From positions 1,856,001 through 1,920,000 of the forward strand of contig JASGHJ010000002.1 in NCBI GenBank assembly GCA_047602405.1: a stretch of DNA of 64,000 nucleotides, written 5' to 3'. Below, one piece after another: positions 33,546 to 43,771 of this stretch. The first letter of the stretch is position 1; every line of letters begins with the position of its first letter. The position numbers and the translations under genes are program-made. Source of the DNA: Anaeromyxobacteraceae bacterium (lineage in GTDB: Bacteria; Myxococcota; Myxococcia; Myxococcales; Anaeromyxobacteraceae). Under the pieces are notes generated by a model, which was given only the letters and a program-made list of their open reading frames with translations, ran no database searches and was not told where the DNA came from.

Positions 33546-33872
33546 TGTCCACCCTCACGTTCGTCGCCGTCGCAGCCCTGAAGCTCACCCTCGCCCAGAT
33601 CCGCCGCCGGCACCGACGCCCGCGACAACGGGCCCGGCACCATCGACGTCGCGAGCTGGCCCGCGGAGCAGAAGGCCCGCTACCCGCTCTTCCAGCAGAA
33701 GTGCGCGAAGTGCCACGCCCTCGCACGCTCCGTGAACTCGAAGTTCTCGGCCGCCGAGTGGAAGCGCTACATGAAGCGGATGGTCCGCCGCCCGAACGCG
33801 GGCGTCACCGACGAGCAGGCCGAGGACATCTTCGAGTTCCTCAAGTACTACGCCTCGAAGCAGGGGCTCTAG
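33545..33872 (+). CDS. Secreted monoheme cytochrome c, copy 1 (frameshift after the signal peptide, ~33598)
   Basis: MSTLTFVAVAALKLTLA, then in a shifted frame DARDNGPGTIDVASWPAEQKARYPLFQQKCAKCH...WKRYMKRMVRRP...IFEFLKYY. Absent from the ORF track. Confidence 0.8.
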
Positions 33873-33894
33873 CCGCAGGACCGGGAGCTTCACC

Positions 33895-34219
33895 ATGACC
33901 ACCCTCGCCCTCGTGGCCGCCGCCGCGCTGCAGCTTCTCCTCCGGCCAGGACGCCGGCTCGGATGCCCGCGACGCCGGCCCCGACAAGATCGACGTCTCG
34001 GGCTACCCCGCCGAGCAGAAGGCCAACTACGAGCTCTTCCGCCAGAAGTGCTCGAAGTGCCACAGCGCGGCGCGGGCGGTGAACTCCAGGTTCTCCGCGG
34101 TCGAGTGGAAGCGCTACATCAAGCGGATGGTGCGGCGCCCCAACGCGGGCGTCACCGAGGAGCAGTCGGACGCCATCTTCGAGTTCCTGAAGTTCTACAG
34201 CACGAAGCTCGGCCTGTAG
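33895..34219 (+). CDS. Secreted monoheme cytochrome c, copy 2 (frameshift after the signal peptide, ~33937)
   Basis: MTTLALVAAAALQL, then in a shifted frame DARDAGPDKIDVSGYPAEQKANYELFRQKCSKCH...WKRYIKRMVRRP...IFEFLKFY. Clear paralog of copy 1. Confidence 0.8.
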
Positions 34220-34244
34220 CTCGAGGCCGGGCCGAGGGACCACC

Positions 34245-36691
34245 ATGCCCCGCCCGACGACGCTCGCCACCACCCTCGCCGCCCTCGCCGCCGCCGCGCT
34301 CGCCTGCTCGAAGCCGGGGGTCGGCGCGAAGGTGGAGAAGGTCGTGCCCGACACGACCGTGAAGACCCACGCGGTCGCGCTCACCGGCGCGACCGTGGAC
34401 GCCGCGAGCCGGAAGGTCGTGGTGGACTTCACGCTGACGTACGGCGGCACGCCGGTGGCCCTCGCGGACCTCGCGACGCTGAAGCCGACGTTCACGCTCG
34501 CCGAGCTCACGGTGGATCCGGAGAGCGGGCTCCCCTCCTGGAAGAGCGCGCTCCTCACCGGCTCCCAGACCGCCACGTCGAACCCGATCGGCGGTCCCGG
34601 GACCCGCGACGAGAACGTCCTCAAGGGCCTGAAGCAGCCCGGCTCGGAGGCGACCGGCACCGCCGAGGCGCTCGCCGCGGGGGGCTTCCGCTACACCTTC
34701 GCGAACGCCCTCGCCGACGGCTACGACGCGACCCACACCTGGCGCGTCGGCGTCTGGCTGAACGGCGTCTCCGCGGGCACCCACGCGACCTGCACCACGC
34801 TCGACTTCGTCCCGGCCGGCGGCGCGGCCGCGCCCCGTGACCTCGTCGCCGACGCCGACTGCCAGCGGTGCCACACCCAGGTGCTCGCCCACGGGCGGCG
34901 CGTCGGCGTGCAGCTCTGCACGACCTGCCACACGTGGCAGGCGGTCGACCCCGACACCGTCGATCCGGCGGCGCCGCTCGCCGCGACCCCCGCCACGAAC
35001 CCCAACCCCCTCGACTTCGGCCGCCTGGTCCACCGCATCCACCGCGGGAAGAACCTGCCGACCCTCTACACCGCCTCGAGCGCCGCCCCCGCCCCGGCCC
35101 TCGGCTCGGCCGCCATCGCCGCCCCCTTCGCGCCGGGCCGGAACGCCGCGGTCCCCGGCCGGAAGTTCTCGATCGTCGGCTACAACAGCACGGTCATGAC
35201 GTTCGGGCAAATCCTCGAGTGGACCTCGCCCGACGGGACGACGGTGTCGAAGCGGGCCGTCGCCGGGGGCGTGGGGTTCCCGCGCGACTACCGCGACTGC
35301 GACGCCTGCCACGCGAAGGCCGCGCAGGGCGCCCGGATCCACACCGAGGTCTCGCGCCGCACCTGCGCGGGCTGCCACCCGGACGTGTGGTTCGCGACGG
35401 CGACCCCGCCCGACACCGCGCACCTCGCCCACCCGGGCGGCGTGCAGGCCGACGACACCGCCTGCGCCGGCTGCCACGTGGCCCCCGGCTCGCCGAAGCT
35501 CTACGTCGACTCGAGGGACGTGCACACGCCGGTGGCGGACCACGAGCGGTTCAGCGCGATCACGGCCTCGATCGTGTCGGTCTCCGGGCTCCTCCCCGGC
35601 GGCTTCCCGACGGTCGTGTTCACGCTCTCCGACCGCACCGGGCCCATCTCCCCATCAACGACGCGACGACCGCGCCGCCCGTCGACTCGGCCGCGAAGCC
35701 GAGCCCGGTCGCCCGCAAGGTCACCCGCCTCGCGTTCGTCCTCTCCGGCCCGACCTCGCCCGACCGCCTCACCTCGAACGTGCCCCTCTCCGAGCCGGTC
35801 ACCGACAAGCTCGTCGCCGACGAGCAGGGCCGCTTCACCTACACCTTCAAGACCGCGAAGCTCCCCGCCGCCGCCACCGGCGCCTGGACCGTGATGCTCG
35901 AGGCCCGCCGCCAGCTCGCGGCGCCCTCGAAGTTCTACGATCTCGCGACCGACACGCTCGTCTGGCCCTACACCGGCGAGGGCATCACCGAGTACGCGAA
36001 CAACGCGATGGTGGACGTCGCCGTGGACCTCGGCGACACCTCGAAGCCGGCGCTCGCGCGCCGCGCGGTGGTGGACGTCCAGAAGTGCAACGCCTGCCAC
36101 AAGACGCTGCTCCTCCACGGCGGCAACCGCTCGGGCGTCGAGAGCTGCCCGATGTGCCACACGCCGGACCAGACCGACTGGGCCCAGCGGCCCAAGCTCG
36201 CGAGCGGGAACGTGCTCCTCGCCGGGACCCTCGACGGCATCGAGGAGCGCTCGGTCCACTTCAAGACCATGGTCCACCGCATCCACACCGGCGGCCGCAA
36301 GGGCATCGCCCAGCTCGACGCGGAGCCGTTCGTCATCTACGGCTTCGGCAAGAACCCGCTCTTCTTCGACGAGGCCGTGTTCCCGAACGACCTCGCGAAC
36401 TGCCGCGTCTGCCACCTCGGCGAGTCCTTCCGCCTCGAGGCAATCCCGGTGGACGCCGCGCCGACGGTGGCGAACGAGACCGCCTCGCTCGTCCACAAGA
36501 ACACCGCGGCGCACGGGTCGGACGCGAAGGTCCGCCCGATGCAGGCCGCCTGCACCTCCTGCCACGACACCGGCACGGCGCACGACCACGCCAACCGGAA
36601 CACCGTGAACGGGGTGGAGGCCTGCGTCTCCTGCCACGGCGAGTCGGCGCAGTACTCGCTCTACGGGCTGCACGGGGTCGAGAGGCCGTAG
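34245..36691 (+). CDS. OmcA/MtrC-family decaheme c-type cytochrome lipoprotein (apparent 1-nt deletion at ~35651)
   Basis: Lipobox ALA-C. Hemes CQRCH, CTTCH, CDACH, CAGCH, CAGCH, then a beta-rich spacer, then CNACH, CPMCH, CRVCH, CTSCH, CVSCH (5+5). LVHRIH and MVHRIH motifs are typical of the family. Confidence 0.9.
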
Positions 36692-36790
36692 TTCACCCTG
36701 GGCGGCGGTCGGTTTCTTGACCACGATCCCCGACATGCGAAGCTCGGCGCGTCACGATATCGGCGGACATCGCCGCCCGGAGCGACGCCC

Positions 36791-36982
36791 ATGCTGCTCG
36801 AGCCCTCGCCGTTCTACGATCCCGAGTCCGACGCCCGCGACCTCGACGCGTTCCTGGCGGAGGTCGACCGGGCCCTCGACGAGCTCGTGCTCGCCCACCG
36901 CGAGGACGGCGCGCGCGCTGCGGCGCCGCGCGCCACCCGCAAGCGCCGCTCAGGCGGGCGGGCCAGCGTCGCGCTCCGCTGA
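36791..36982 (+). CDS. Small hypothetical protein
   Basis: 63 aa ORF with GGAG RBS and GC3-rich codons; overlaps the 3' end of the convergent gene. Confidence 0.4.
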   Translation: MLLEPSPFYDPESDARDLDAFLAEVDRALDELVLAHREDGARAAAPRATRKRRSGGRASVALR

Positions 36983-38020
36983 CACGTACTCCGCCTCCTC
37001 CGCCTCGAGCCCCTCGCCGACGGCCTCGCCGGCGGTCCAGAGCTTCGCGAGCTGGATGTGGCTCGAGAAGAGGAAGCCGAAGCCCAGCGCGGCCTGCACC
37101 GCGAGCTGCACCGCCCACAGGACGTTCGCGTAGGCCGTGCCGCGCGTCGCCACCGCCTCCGGCGTCGCGAACAGCCCGAGCCCGAGCACGATGGCGCCCT
37201 GGAACGTGCCGATCATGCCGGGGCCGGCGGGGATCATCACCCCGACCACCAGCACGCCGAGCAGCGTGACCGCCTCGGTCGGGCCGAGGTCGAAGCCGAA
37301 CCCGCGCGCGAGCAGGCTCATGCCCCAGGCGTTGAGGCCCCAGTAGAAGGCGGTCAGCGCGAAGAAGAGCCCGAGCTTCCGCTTCGAGGGCACGAGCCTC
37401 AGGCCGTGGATGAAGGCGTCCAGCATGCCCGCCGCGCGCTCGGCGAGCCCCGGCGAGAACGGGCGCAGCATCCCGGTGACGATCCGGATGGCCTGCTCGC
37501 GGTTCACGTACGCGCCCGTCAGGAACACGAGCAGCCCCGCGAAGGCGAGCGACACCACGACGCCGCCCGTGCGGAGCACGCGCAGCCCGGGCGTCCCGTC
37601 CGGCACCGCGAACAGCGACACGACGAGGAGGAGCCCGGTGAAGAGGCCGTCCACCACCCGCTCGACGACCACCGACGAGAGCGCGGCCGACACCCGCAGC
37701 CTCGGGCGCTCGGCGATGAGGTACGGGCGGGCGAACTCGCCGAGCCGGAACGGCAGGAGGACGAGCGCCATGATCCCGACCGCCGACACGGCGTTCAGGC
37801 GCGCGAACGGGACCTTCGCGACCGGCTCGAGCAGGATCCCCCACCGCAGGGTGCGGGTGAGGTGGATGACGAGGAGCGTGGCGACGTAGGGGGCGAGGTA
37901 GCCGTAGTCGGCCGCCCGGATCTCGCGGGCGATCTCGCCGACGTCCTTGCCCCTGAGGGTCAGCCACAGCGCGAGCGCCGAGACGGCGAGCCCCGCCAGG
38001 ACCTGCAGCGCGCGCTTCAC
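36950..38020 (-). CDS. Lysylphosphatidylglycerol synthase TM-like / flippase-like membrane protein (UPF0104)
   Basis: RTLRWGILL, LPFRLGEFARP, SVVVERVVD, IPAGPGMIG; multiple TM helices. Confidence 0.88.
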   Translation of the reverse strand: MKRALQVLAGLAVSALALWLTLRGKDVGEIAREIRAADYGYLAPYVATLLVIHLTRTLRWGILLEPVAKVPFARLNAVSAVGIMALVLLPFRLGEFARPYLIAERPRLRVSAALSSVVVERVVDGLFTGLLLVVSLFAVPDGTPGLRVLRTGGVVVSLAFAGLLVFLTGAYVNREQAIRIVTGMLRPFSPGLAERAAGMLDAFIHGLRLVPSKRKLGLFFALTAFYWGLNAWGMSLLARGFGFDLGPTEAVTLLGVLVVGVMIPAGPGMIGTFQGAIVLGLGLFATPEAVATRGTAYANVLWAVQLAVQAALGFGFLFSSHIQLAKLWTAGEAVGEGLEAEEAEYVSAERDAGPPA

Positions 38021-38742
38021 GGCAGCTCCTCCCCGGCCAAGATGCGGCGCGGGTTCTCGGAGAGCAGCCGGGTACGCCCCTCCTTGCCGGCGCGCCGGGC
38101 GAGCAGCTCGAGCGCGTCGTCGAGCCACTCGTCCGCCCGGAACGGCACGTGGAGGTCGGTCGCCGCCACGGCGTAGAGCCCCTCGGAGAGGAACCGCTCC
38201 GCGAGCTTGCGCGGGCCGCGGCCGTAGAGCCCGGACAGGGCGCCGACGTTGAGCTGGAGGGCCGCTCCGAGGCGCACCACCTCCTCCGCGCTCCCGGGCC
38301 GCTCGAACTCGACGCAGCGCTCGGGGTGCGCGAAGAGCGGCATGACGCCCTTGCGCCGGAGCCGGAACACGAGGTCGGGCAGCGCCGGCACCGACGAGCC
38401 GAACGGCAGCTCCACGAGGGCCCAGCGCTGGGTCGGCCCGATGCCGCGGCGCTCCGGGCCGTCCACCCGCGCGAAGAAGTGCTCGTCGAGCTTGTTCTCG
38501 GAGTTCGGGTGCAGCTTGAGGCGGATGCCCTCGGCGTCGAAGGCGGCCTGGACCTCCGCCCGGCGCCGCTCGCAGAGCGCCCAGTCCAGGCTCGGGAAGT
38601 TCCCGGCCGCGTGCGGCGAGGTCGCGACCTCGTCGAAGCCCATCGCCACCAGCAGCCGGCCCGCCTCGAGCGAGGCGTCCGGCGTGGGGCACCCGTCGTC
38701 GATGCCCCAGAGCAGGTGGTTGTGCAGGTCGAGGTACCCCAT
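38017..38742 (-). CDS. CpsB/CapC-family PHP protein-tyrosine phosphatase
   Basis: DLHNHLLWGIDDG, ATSPH, LVELP, AHPER, ATDLH. Confidence 0.9.
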   Translation of the reverse strand: MGYLDLHNHLLWGIDDGCPTPDASLEAGRLLVAMGFDEVATSPHAAGNFPSLDWALCERRRAEVQAAFDAEGIRLKLHPNSENKLDEHFFARVDGPERRGIGPTQRWALVELPFGSSVPALPDLVFRLRRKGVMPLFAHPERCVEFERPGSAEEVVRLGAALQLNVGALSGLYGRGPRKLAERFLSEGLYAVAATDLHVPFRADEWLDDALELLARRAGKEGRTRLLSENPRRILAGEELP

Positions 38743-38828
38743 CGCGCGGACGCGGCATACCACGGCGGGAGGTCCGGACTCCACCAGTGCGGGGGCGGGT
38801 GCGCCGGGGCAGAGACCCCGTCCCGGCC

Positions 38829-39776
38829 TCAGACCACCCGGTGGCGCGGCGGCGCGCCCCGGGCGAACCGCTGGAGCTCGTCGAGGACGAGGCGGGCCAT
38901 CGCGGCGCGCGTCTCCCGCGTCCCCGAGCCCACGTGCGGCGTGAGGACCACGTTCTCGAGGGCGCGGAGCGACGCTGGGACGCCCGGCTCGGCGCGGAAG
39001 ACGTCGAGGCCGGCCCCGCCGAGGCGGCCGGCTGCGAGCGCCTCCGCGAGGGCGTCCTCGTCGACGACGGCGCCCCGGGCGGTGTTGACGAGGATGGCGC
39101 CGGGCTTCATGCGGGCGAGGCGCTCCCGCGAGAGGAGCCCCGCGGTCTCGGGCGTGAGCGGGACGTGGAGCGAGACGAAGTCCGAGGTCTCGAGGAGCGC
39201 GTCGAGGGTCACCCGCTCGGCGCCGTCCATCGGCCCCGCCGGCCGCTGCGGCCGCTCGTCGGCGTAGACCACCTCGAGGCCGAAGGCGCCCGCCCGGCGC
39301 GCCATCGCGCGCCCGATGCGCCCGAGGCCGATGAGGCCGAGGCGCTTGCCGCGGACGTCGGTGCCCAGGAACCAGCCCGGGTCGACCGCCGTCCACCCTC
39401 CCCGCCGCACGAGGCGGTCGCCCTCGGCGACCCGCCGGGCGACGGCGAGGAGGAGCGCGAACGCGTGGTCGGCGGTGGTGTCGGTGAGGACGTCGGGCGT
39501 GTTCGTCACCGTCACCCCGCGTGCCCTGCAGGCCTCGAGGTCGAGGTGGTCGGTGCCGACGCCGTAGGAGGCGACGAGCCGGACGGTCGGGAGGGCGTCG
39601 AGCAGCCCGGCGTCCACCCGGTCGACGAAGGTCGGGACGAGCACCGCGGCACCCCGCGCGGCGGCGGCCACCTCGGCGCGGGGCACCTCGGCGCCGACCC
39701 GGACCTCGAAGTCCGCGGCCAGCACGGTGAGATCCGCGCCGGGGAGCGCGCGGAACGCGTACAGGACCGGCCTCAG
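38829..39776 (-). CDS. D-2-hydroxyacid dehydrogenase (glyoxylate/hydroxypyruvate reductase-like); start approximate
   Basis: VTNTPDVLT, GLIGLGRIG, LHVPLT, NTARG, GLDVF..EP, TPHVGS. Confidence 0.9.
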   Translation of the reverse strand: MRPVLYAFRALPGADLTVLAADFEVRVGAEVPRAEVAAAARGAAVLVPTFVDRVDAGLLDALPTVRLVASYGVGTDHLDLEACRARGVTVTNTPDVLTDTTADHAFALLLAVARRVAEGDRLVRRGGWTAVDPGWFLGTDVRGKRLGLIGLGRIGRAMARRAGAFGLEVVYADERPQRPAGPMDGAERVTLDALLETSDFVSLHVPLTPETAGLLSRERLARMKPGAILVNTARGAVVDEDALAEALAAGRLGGAGLDVFRAEPGVPASLRALENVVLTPHVGSGTRETRAAMARLVLDELQRFARGAPPRHRVV

Positions 39777-39976
39777 GGTTCCCTCTCGTCGTCGCCCGGC
39801 CGCGCGTCGCCGGCCGCGCCATCGCCCGCCCGGGCGCCGGGGATGCGGTACTCGCCCCCGAGCCACTTGCCGAGATCGAGGAGGCGGCAGCGGTCGCCGC
39901 AGAACGGGAAGGCGCGGTTCTGGGCGCGCGGGAGGGCGGGCTTTCCGCAGATGGGGCAGGTGCGCGGCGTGGTCAC
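39773..39976 (-). CDS. yacG: DNA gyrase inhibitor YacG
   Basis: CPICGK...FPFCGDRCRLLDLGKWL.GEYRIP. Confidence 0.92.
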   Translation of the reverse strand: MTTPRTCPICGKPALPRAQNRAFPFCGDRCRLLDLGKWLGGEYRIPGARAGDGAAGDARPGDDEREP

Positions 39977-39986
39977 GCGCGTGGTT

Positions 39987-40494
39987 CTAACCCGCCGGGC
40001 AGGTCGTGGGCAGGATCGGCTTCACCGCGTCCGCGAGAATCCTCGCGGGAGATGGCGCCGCCGAACACCTTCTGGACCCGCCCCTCGGGATCGATCACGA
40101 AGGTCTTCGGGTAGGCCTGCACGCCCCAGGCGTCGAGGGCGCTCGCCCGCTCGTCGACGAGGATCGGGTACGGGATGCGGGAGGCCATGGCCACGAGGTC
40201 CTCGTGGCCGGACTCCTCCGCCACGCCGAGCACCTCGAAGCAGCTGCCGCGGTGCTCCTGCCAGAACCGGGTGATCTCCGGGAGCTCCTGCCGGCACGGC
40301 GGGCACCAGGTGGCCCAGAAGTTCACCGCCACGACCTTGCCGCGGTACTGGGCGAGGTCGACCTGCTTGCCCGAGAGGTCCGGCAGCGCGAGCGGCGGCG
40401 CCGAGACCGCCTGCCGCTCGCTCTTCTGCGTGAAGAGCTGGAAGGTCACGACGGCGACGAGGGCGATGGCGGACAGGCCGATGACGCTCTTCAT
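39987..40494 (-). CDS. TlpA-family thiol-disulfide oxidoreductase (apparent +1 insertion at ~40039)
   Basis: N-terminal anchor, NFWATWCPPC..ELP, YPKTFVID. Corrected end reads REDLADAVKPILPTTCPAG*. Confidence 0.9.
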
Positions 40495-40536
40495 TTCGAA
40501 TCCCTTGGAGCCCCGGTAACCGGCCGAGGGTTCCCT

Positions 40537-42162
40537 CTATTTCGAGGAGGAGGGGATGGCGCTGCCAGCCCCCGAACCCATCAGGGTCTTCAGGTCGTCG
40601 TCGGTGAAGAAGAACCCACCGCCGAAGAAGACGTCGGTGCCGACGTTGAAGTGGCGCCCGCCGGGGTAGGAGCCGGACTCCCAGCGGTTCAGGAAGTCGT
40701 CCACGCCGGTGGTCACGTAGAAGTTCTGGAGGAAGTAGTAGTTCATCCAGGCCTTCGCGCGCGGGAAGACGTTCTGGAACGGGCGCGAGAACTGGTACGC
40801 GGAGACCGAGATCTGCAGGGCGTCGTTGAGGAGGTGCAGGTCGGAGCCCACACCGCCCGACCCCTCGATGACGCCGACCCGGAAGGTGAGCGGTCCGTAC
40901 CGCTTCGCGAGCTGGAGCGAGAGCGTGAGGGACTCGGTGTTCTTCGAGCGGGTGACGACCGAGGTCTGGCCGGCGGTCGAGATGGTCTCGGTGGTGACCG
41001 TCGTGACGCCGCGCGGGTCGGAGACGAGCTCCAGCAGGTAGTACTTGTCGGGCCGGGGGAGCAGCCGGGCGCCGAAGTAGATCTTCGCACCGGGGCGCCC
41101 CTCCTCGCGGCTCTGGTTGAGGAGGAACTCGCTGCGGAAGCTGAGCTGCAGCTGCAGCTTCTGGAGCTTCGAGTAGTACTCGGAGACCCCGTTCACCGCC
41201 TCGCCGAGCTGCCGGCCCATCCGCTCGTCCACGAGCAGCTTGCCCGCGACGCTCTTGCCCTCGTTGACCTTGGTCATGAGGTCGTCGAGCTTCGTCGCGC
41301 TCGCGGCGAGGCGGTCGATGGCCTCGCGCACGCCGCGCGCGGCGGCCTGCTGGTCCTTCGCCGCGGGACCGCCCCCGGGCGCCGCCCCCGGCTGTCCGGG
41401 CGCGCCGCGCGGCGAGCCGACGATGTCCTGCACGCTCATCGAGATGTCGCGCAGGCGGTTCGTGAGGTCCTCGAGGTTCCGGGCGATGGCGTGGTAGCGC
41501 GCCTTGTCCTCGCTCGAGATCTCGGAGAGGTCGCCGGTGAAGTCGCGGGTGTTGCGGAGGATCTGGGAGAGCGTCTCGCCGTTCGTGCGGATGACCTCGT
41601 CGATCTGGCGGGTGACCCCGGCGAGGTTCCGGACAATCTCCGCCATCGAGCCGGACGGGCCCGACACGGTCCGCGCGAGGTCGCCGGTGACGGTCTGGAT
41701 GTCGACCGCCACCTGGCGCATGACGTCCATGACCTCCTGGACCGTCGCGGCGGAGCGCACGCACTTGATCTCCCGCTGCTCGGCCGGGAGGTCCGCGAGC
41801 TTCGGCGCCGTCGGCGACCCGAGGGCCACCTCGAGCACCGCGTCGGGGAGCATCGGCGACGGGAAGGTGCGGTTGAGGCAGCCGTCCTGGTGCAGCTCGA
41901 TGTCCTTGCGGATCCGGACGTCGAGGCGCGCGCGGCCACCCTCGAGCTCGATGTTCACCACCTCGCCGATCTGGATGCCGGCGATCTGCACCCGGCTCTT
42001 CCAGGAGAGGCCGGTCGCGTCGGTGAAGTAGGCGTAGGCGGTGTAGCTGTCGCCCTTCCCGAAGCCACCCTGGCGCACGAAGGTGAGCGCGAAGATCGAC
42101 GCCGCGCCGACCACGGCGACGAACGTCCCGACGACGAGGGCTCGGCTGACGCGCGGGGTCAC
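40537..42162 (-). CDS. mlaD: MlaD/MCE-family protein with long helical region and beta-rich C-terminus
   Basis: TM anchor, FTDATGL...VQIAGIQIGEV MCE motif; downstream of mlaE/mlaF. Confidence 0.88.
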   Translation of the reverse strand: MTPRVSRALVVGTFVAVVGAASIFALTFVRQGGFGKGDSYTAYAYFTDATGLSWKSRVQIAGIQIGEVVNIELEGGRARLDVRIRKDIELHQDGCLNRTFPSPMLPDAVLEVALGSPTAPKLADLPAEQREIKCVRSAATVQEVMDVMRQVAVDIQTVTGDLARTVSGPSGSMAEIVRNLAGVTRQIDEVIRTNGETLSQILRNTRDFTGDLSEISSEDKARYHAIARNLEDLTNRLRDISMSVQDIVGSPRGAPGQPGAAPGGGPAAKDQQAAARGVREAIDRLAASATKLDDLMTKVNEGKSVAGKLLVDERMGRQLGEAVNGVSEYYSKLQKLQLQLSFRSEFLLNQSREEGRPGAKIYFGARLLPRPDKYYLLELVSDPRGVTTVTTETISTAGQTSVVTRSKNTESLTLSLQLAKRYGPLTFRVGVIEGSGGVGSDLHLLNDALQISVSAYQFSRPFQNVFPRAKAWMNYYFLQNFYVTTGVDDFLNRWESGSYPGGRHFNVGTDVFFGGGFFFTDDDLKTLMGSGAGSAIPSSSK

Positions 42163-42920
42163 TGCTTCTCGAACCAGGTGGAGAGGAAGCGCTGCACGAA
42201 GGGCTCCTTGCTCGCCCGCACCTCCGCGGGGGTTCCCTCGGCGGCGAGGTGACCATCGTAGAGCACGGCCAGCCTGTCGGCCACCTTGAACGCGCTCGCG
42301 ATGTCGTGGCTGATGACCATGCTCGTGATCCCGAGCTTCTGCTTCGCGTTCAGGATCATCTCGTCCACGTAGTCGGTGGTGATCGGGTCGAGGCCGGTGG
42401 TGGGCTCGTCGTAGAGCACCACCGGCGGGTCGGACACGAGCGCCCGCGCGAGCGCCACGCGCTTGCGCATGCCGCCGGAGAGCTGCGCCGGCCAGCGCTC
42501 GAGGACCTCCTCGCCGAGGTCCACGACCGCGAGCTTCTCGACCACCCGGTGGCGGACCTCGTCGGGCTTCAGCCCGCGGCCGGCGCGCGACTCGACGAGC
42601 GGGAACGCGACGTTCTCGAAGACGGTCATCGAGTCGAAGAGCGCGGCCCCCTGGAACACCATGCCGAAGCGCTGGCGGGCCTCGGTGAGCGCCTTGCCCT
42701 CGAGGCGCGAGATGGGCACCCCGTCCACCACCACCTCCCCGCGGTCGGGCTTGAGGAGCCCGATCACGTGCTTCATGAGCACGGTCTTCCCGGAGCCGGA
42801 CCCGCCGAGCACCACGAAGGTGGTGCCCTTCGGGATCGAGAGGGAGATCCCCCTCAGGACGGCGTTGTCGCCGAAGGTCTTGTGGAGGTCGCGGACCTCA
42901 ATCATGGGGCCCTCGCTCAT
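42159..42920 (-). CDS. mlaF: MlaF-type ABC ATPase
   Basis: GGSGSGKT, FQGAALFDS, LSGGMRKRVALARA, YDEPTTGLDP, SHD. Confidence 0.92.
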   Translation of the reverse strand: MSEGPMIEVRDLHKTFGDNAVLRGISLSIPKGTTFVVLGGSGSGKTVLMKHVIGLLKPDRGEVVVDGVPISRLEGKALTEARQRFGMVFQGAALFDSMTVFENVAFPLVESRAGRGLKPDEVRHRVVEKLAVVDLGEEVLERWPAQLSGGMRKRVALARALVSDPPVVLYDEPTTGLDPITTDYVDEMILNAKQKLGITSMVISHDIASAFKVADRLAVLYDGHLAAEGTPAEVRASKEPFVQRFLSTWFEKQ

Positions 42921-43672
42921 CGCGTGCCCACCGAGAGGAAGGTCACCACGTAGTCGGCGACGAGGATGGCGATCGAGCTCGCGACGACGCCGCGGGTGGT
43001 GCCCTCGCCGACGCCGCGGGAGCCGCCGGTGGCCGCGTAGCCGCGCCAGGTGGTGATGAGGGACACGATGAGGCCGAAGATGATGGCCTTGAAGAGGCCG
43101 TGGCCGACGTCGGTGTCCCGCACGACCTCCTGGGTGTGCGCGATGAACGGGGCAACCGGGATCCGGGCGACCACCACGCCCATGAAGAGCGCACCGAGCC
43201 AGCCCAGGATGTTGAAGAGCATGGTGAGGACCGGGAACATCAGCATCGCCGACACCAGGCGCGGGACGACGAGGTACTGGATCGGCGAGACCGCCATCGA
43301 CTCCATGGCGTCGATCTGCTCGGTGACCCGCATCGTGCCGAGCTCGGAGGCGATGGCGCTGCCCGAGCGGCCGGTGATCATGAGCGCCGCGAAGACCGGC
43401 GCGAGCTCGCGGGCGAGCGCGAAGCCGACCGTGCCGCCCACGTAGTTCTCCATGCCGAACTGGCCGAGGGCCATGTTGAGCTGGAGGGCGAGCACCATCC
43501 CGGTGAAGGTGCCGGTGACGCCGACGATGAAGGCCGAGCCGACGCCGATGAAGGCCATCTGGGCGACCACGAGCTCGAGGCGGAAGGGCGGCCGGAACGC
43601 CCAGGCGAACGCCTCCCCGGCGAAGAACAGCATCTGCCCGAAGTCCTCGAGGGCGGCCAGCAGGCGTCGCAT
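42917..43672 (-). CDS. mlaE: MlaE-type permease
   Basis: RELAPV, GRSGSAIASELGTMRVTEQIDA, GVGEGTTRGVV. Confidence 0.93.
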   Translation of the reverse strand: MRRLLAALEDFGQMLFFAGEAFAWAFRPPFRLELVVAQMAFIGVGSAFIVGVTGTFTGMVLALQLNMALGQFGMENYVGGTVGFALARELAPVFAALMITGRSGSAIASELGTMRVTEQIDAMESMAVSPIQYLVVPRLVSAMLMFPVLTMLFNILGWLGALFMGVVVARIPVAPFIAHTQEVVRDTDVGHGLFKAIIFGLIVSLITTWRGYAATGGSRGVGEGTTRGVVASSIAILVADYVVTFLSVGTR

Positions 43673-43771
43673 CGGTCGGGCCATTGTCGCACGAGGCCCG
43701 CCCGCGCGCCGAAAAACGGAGCGCCGCCACCGCGGGCATCCGGGCCGCTTCGCGGCTATACTGCGCCGCCC

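Noticed and set aside
27242..36700. Integrative element at tRNA-Met or selC
   Set aside because: No integrase, transposase or duplicated tRNA 3' end found by eye.
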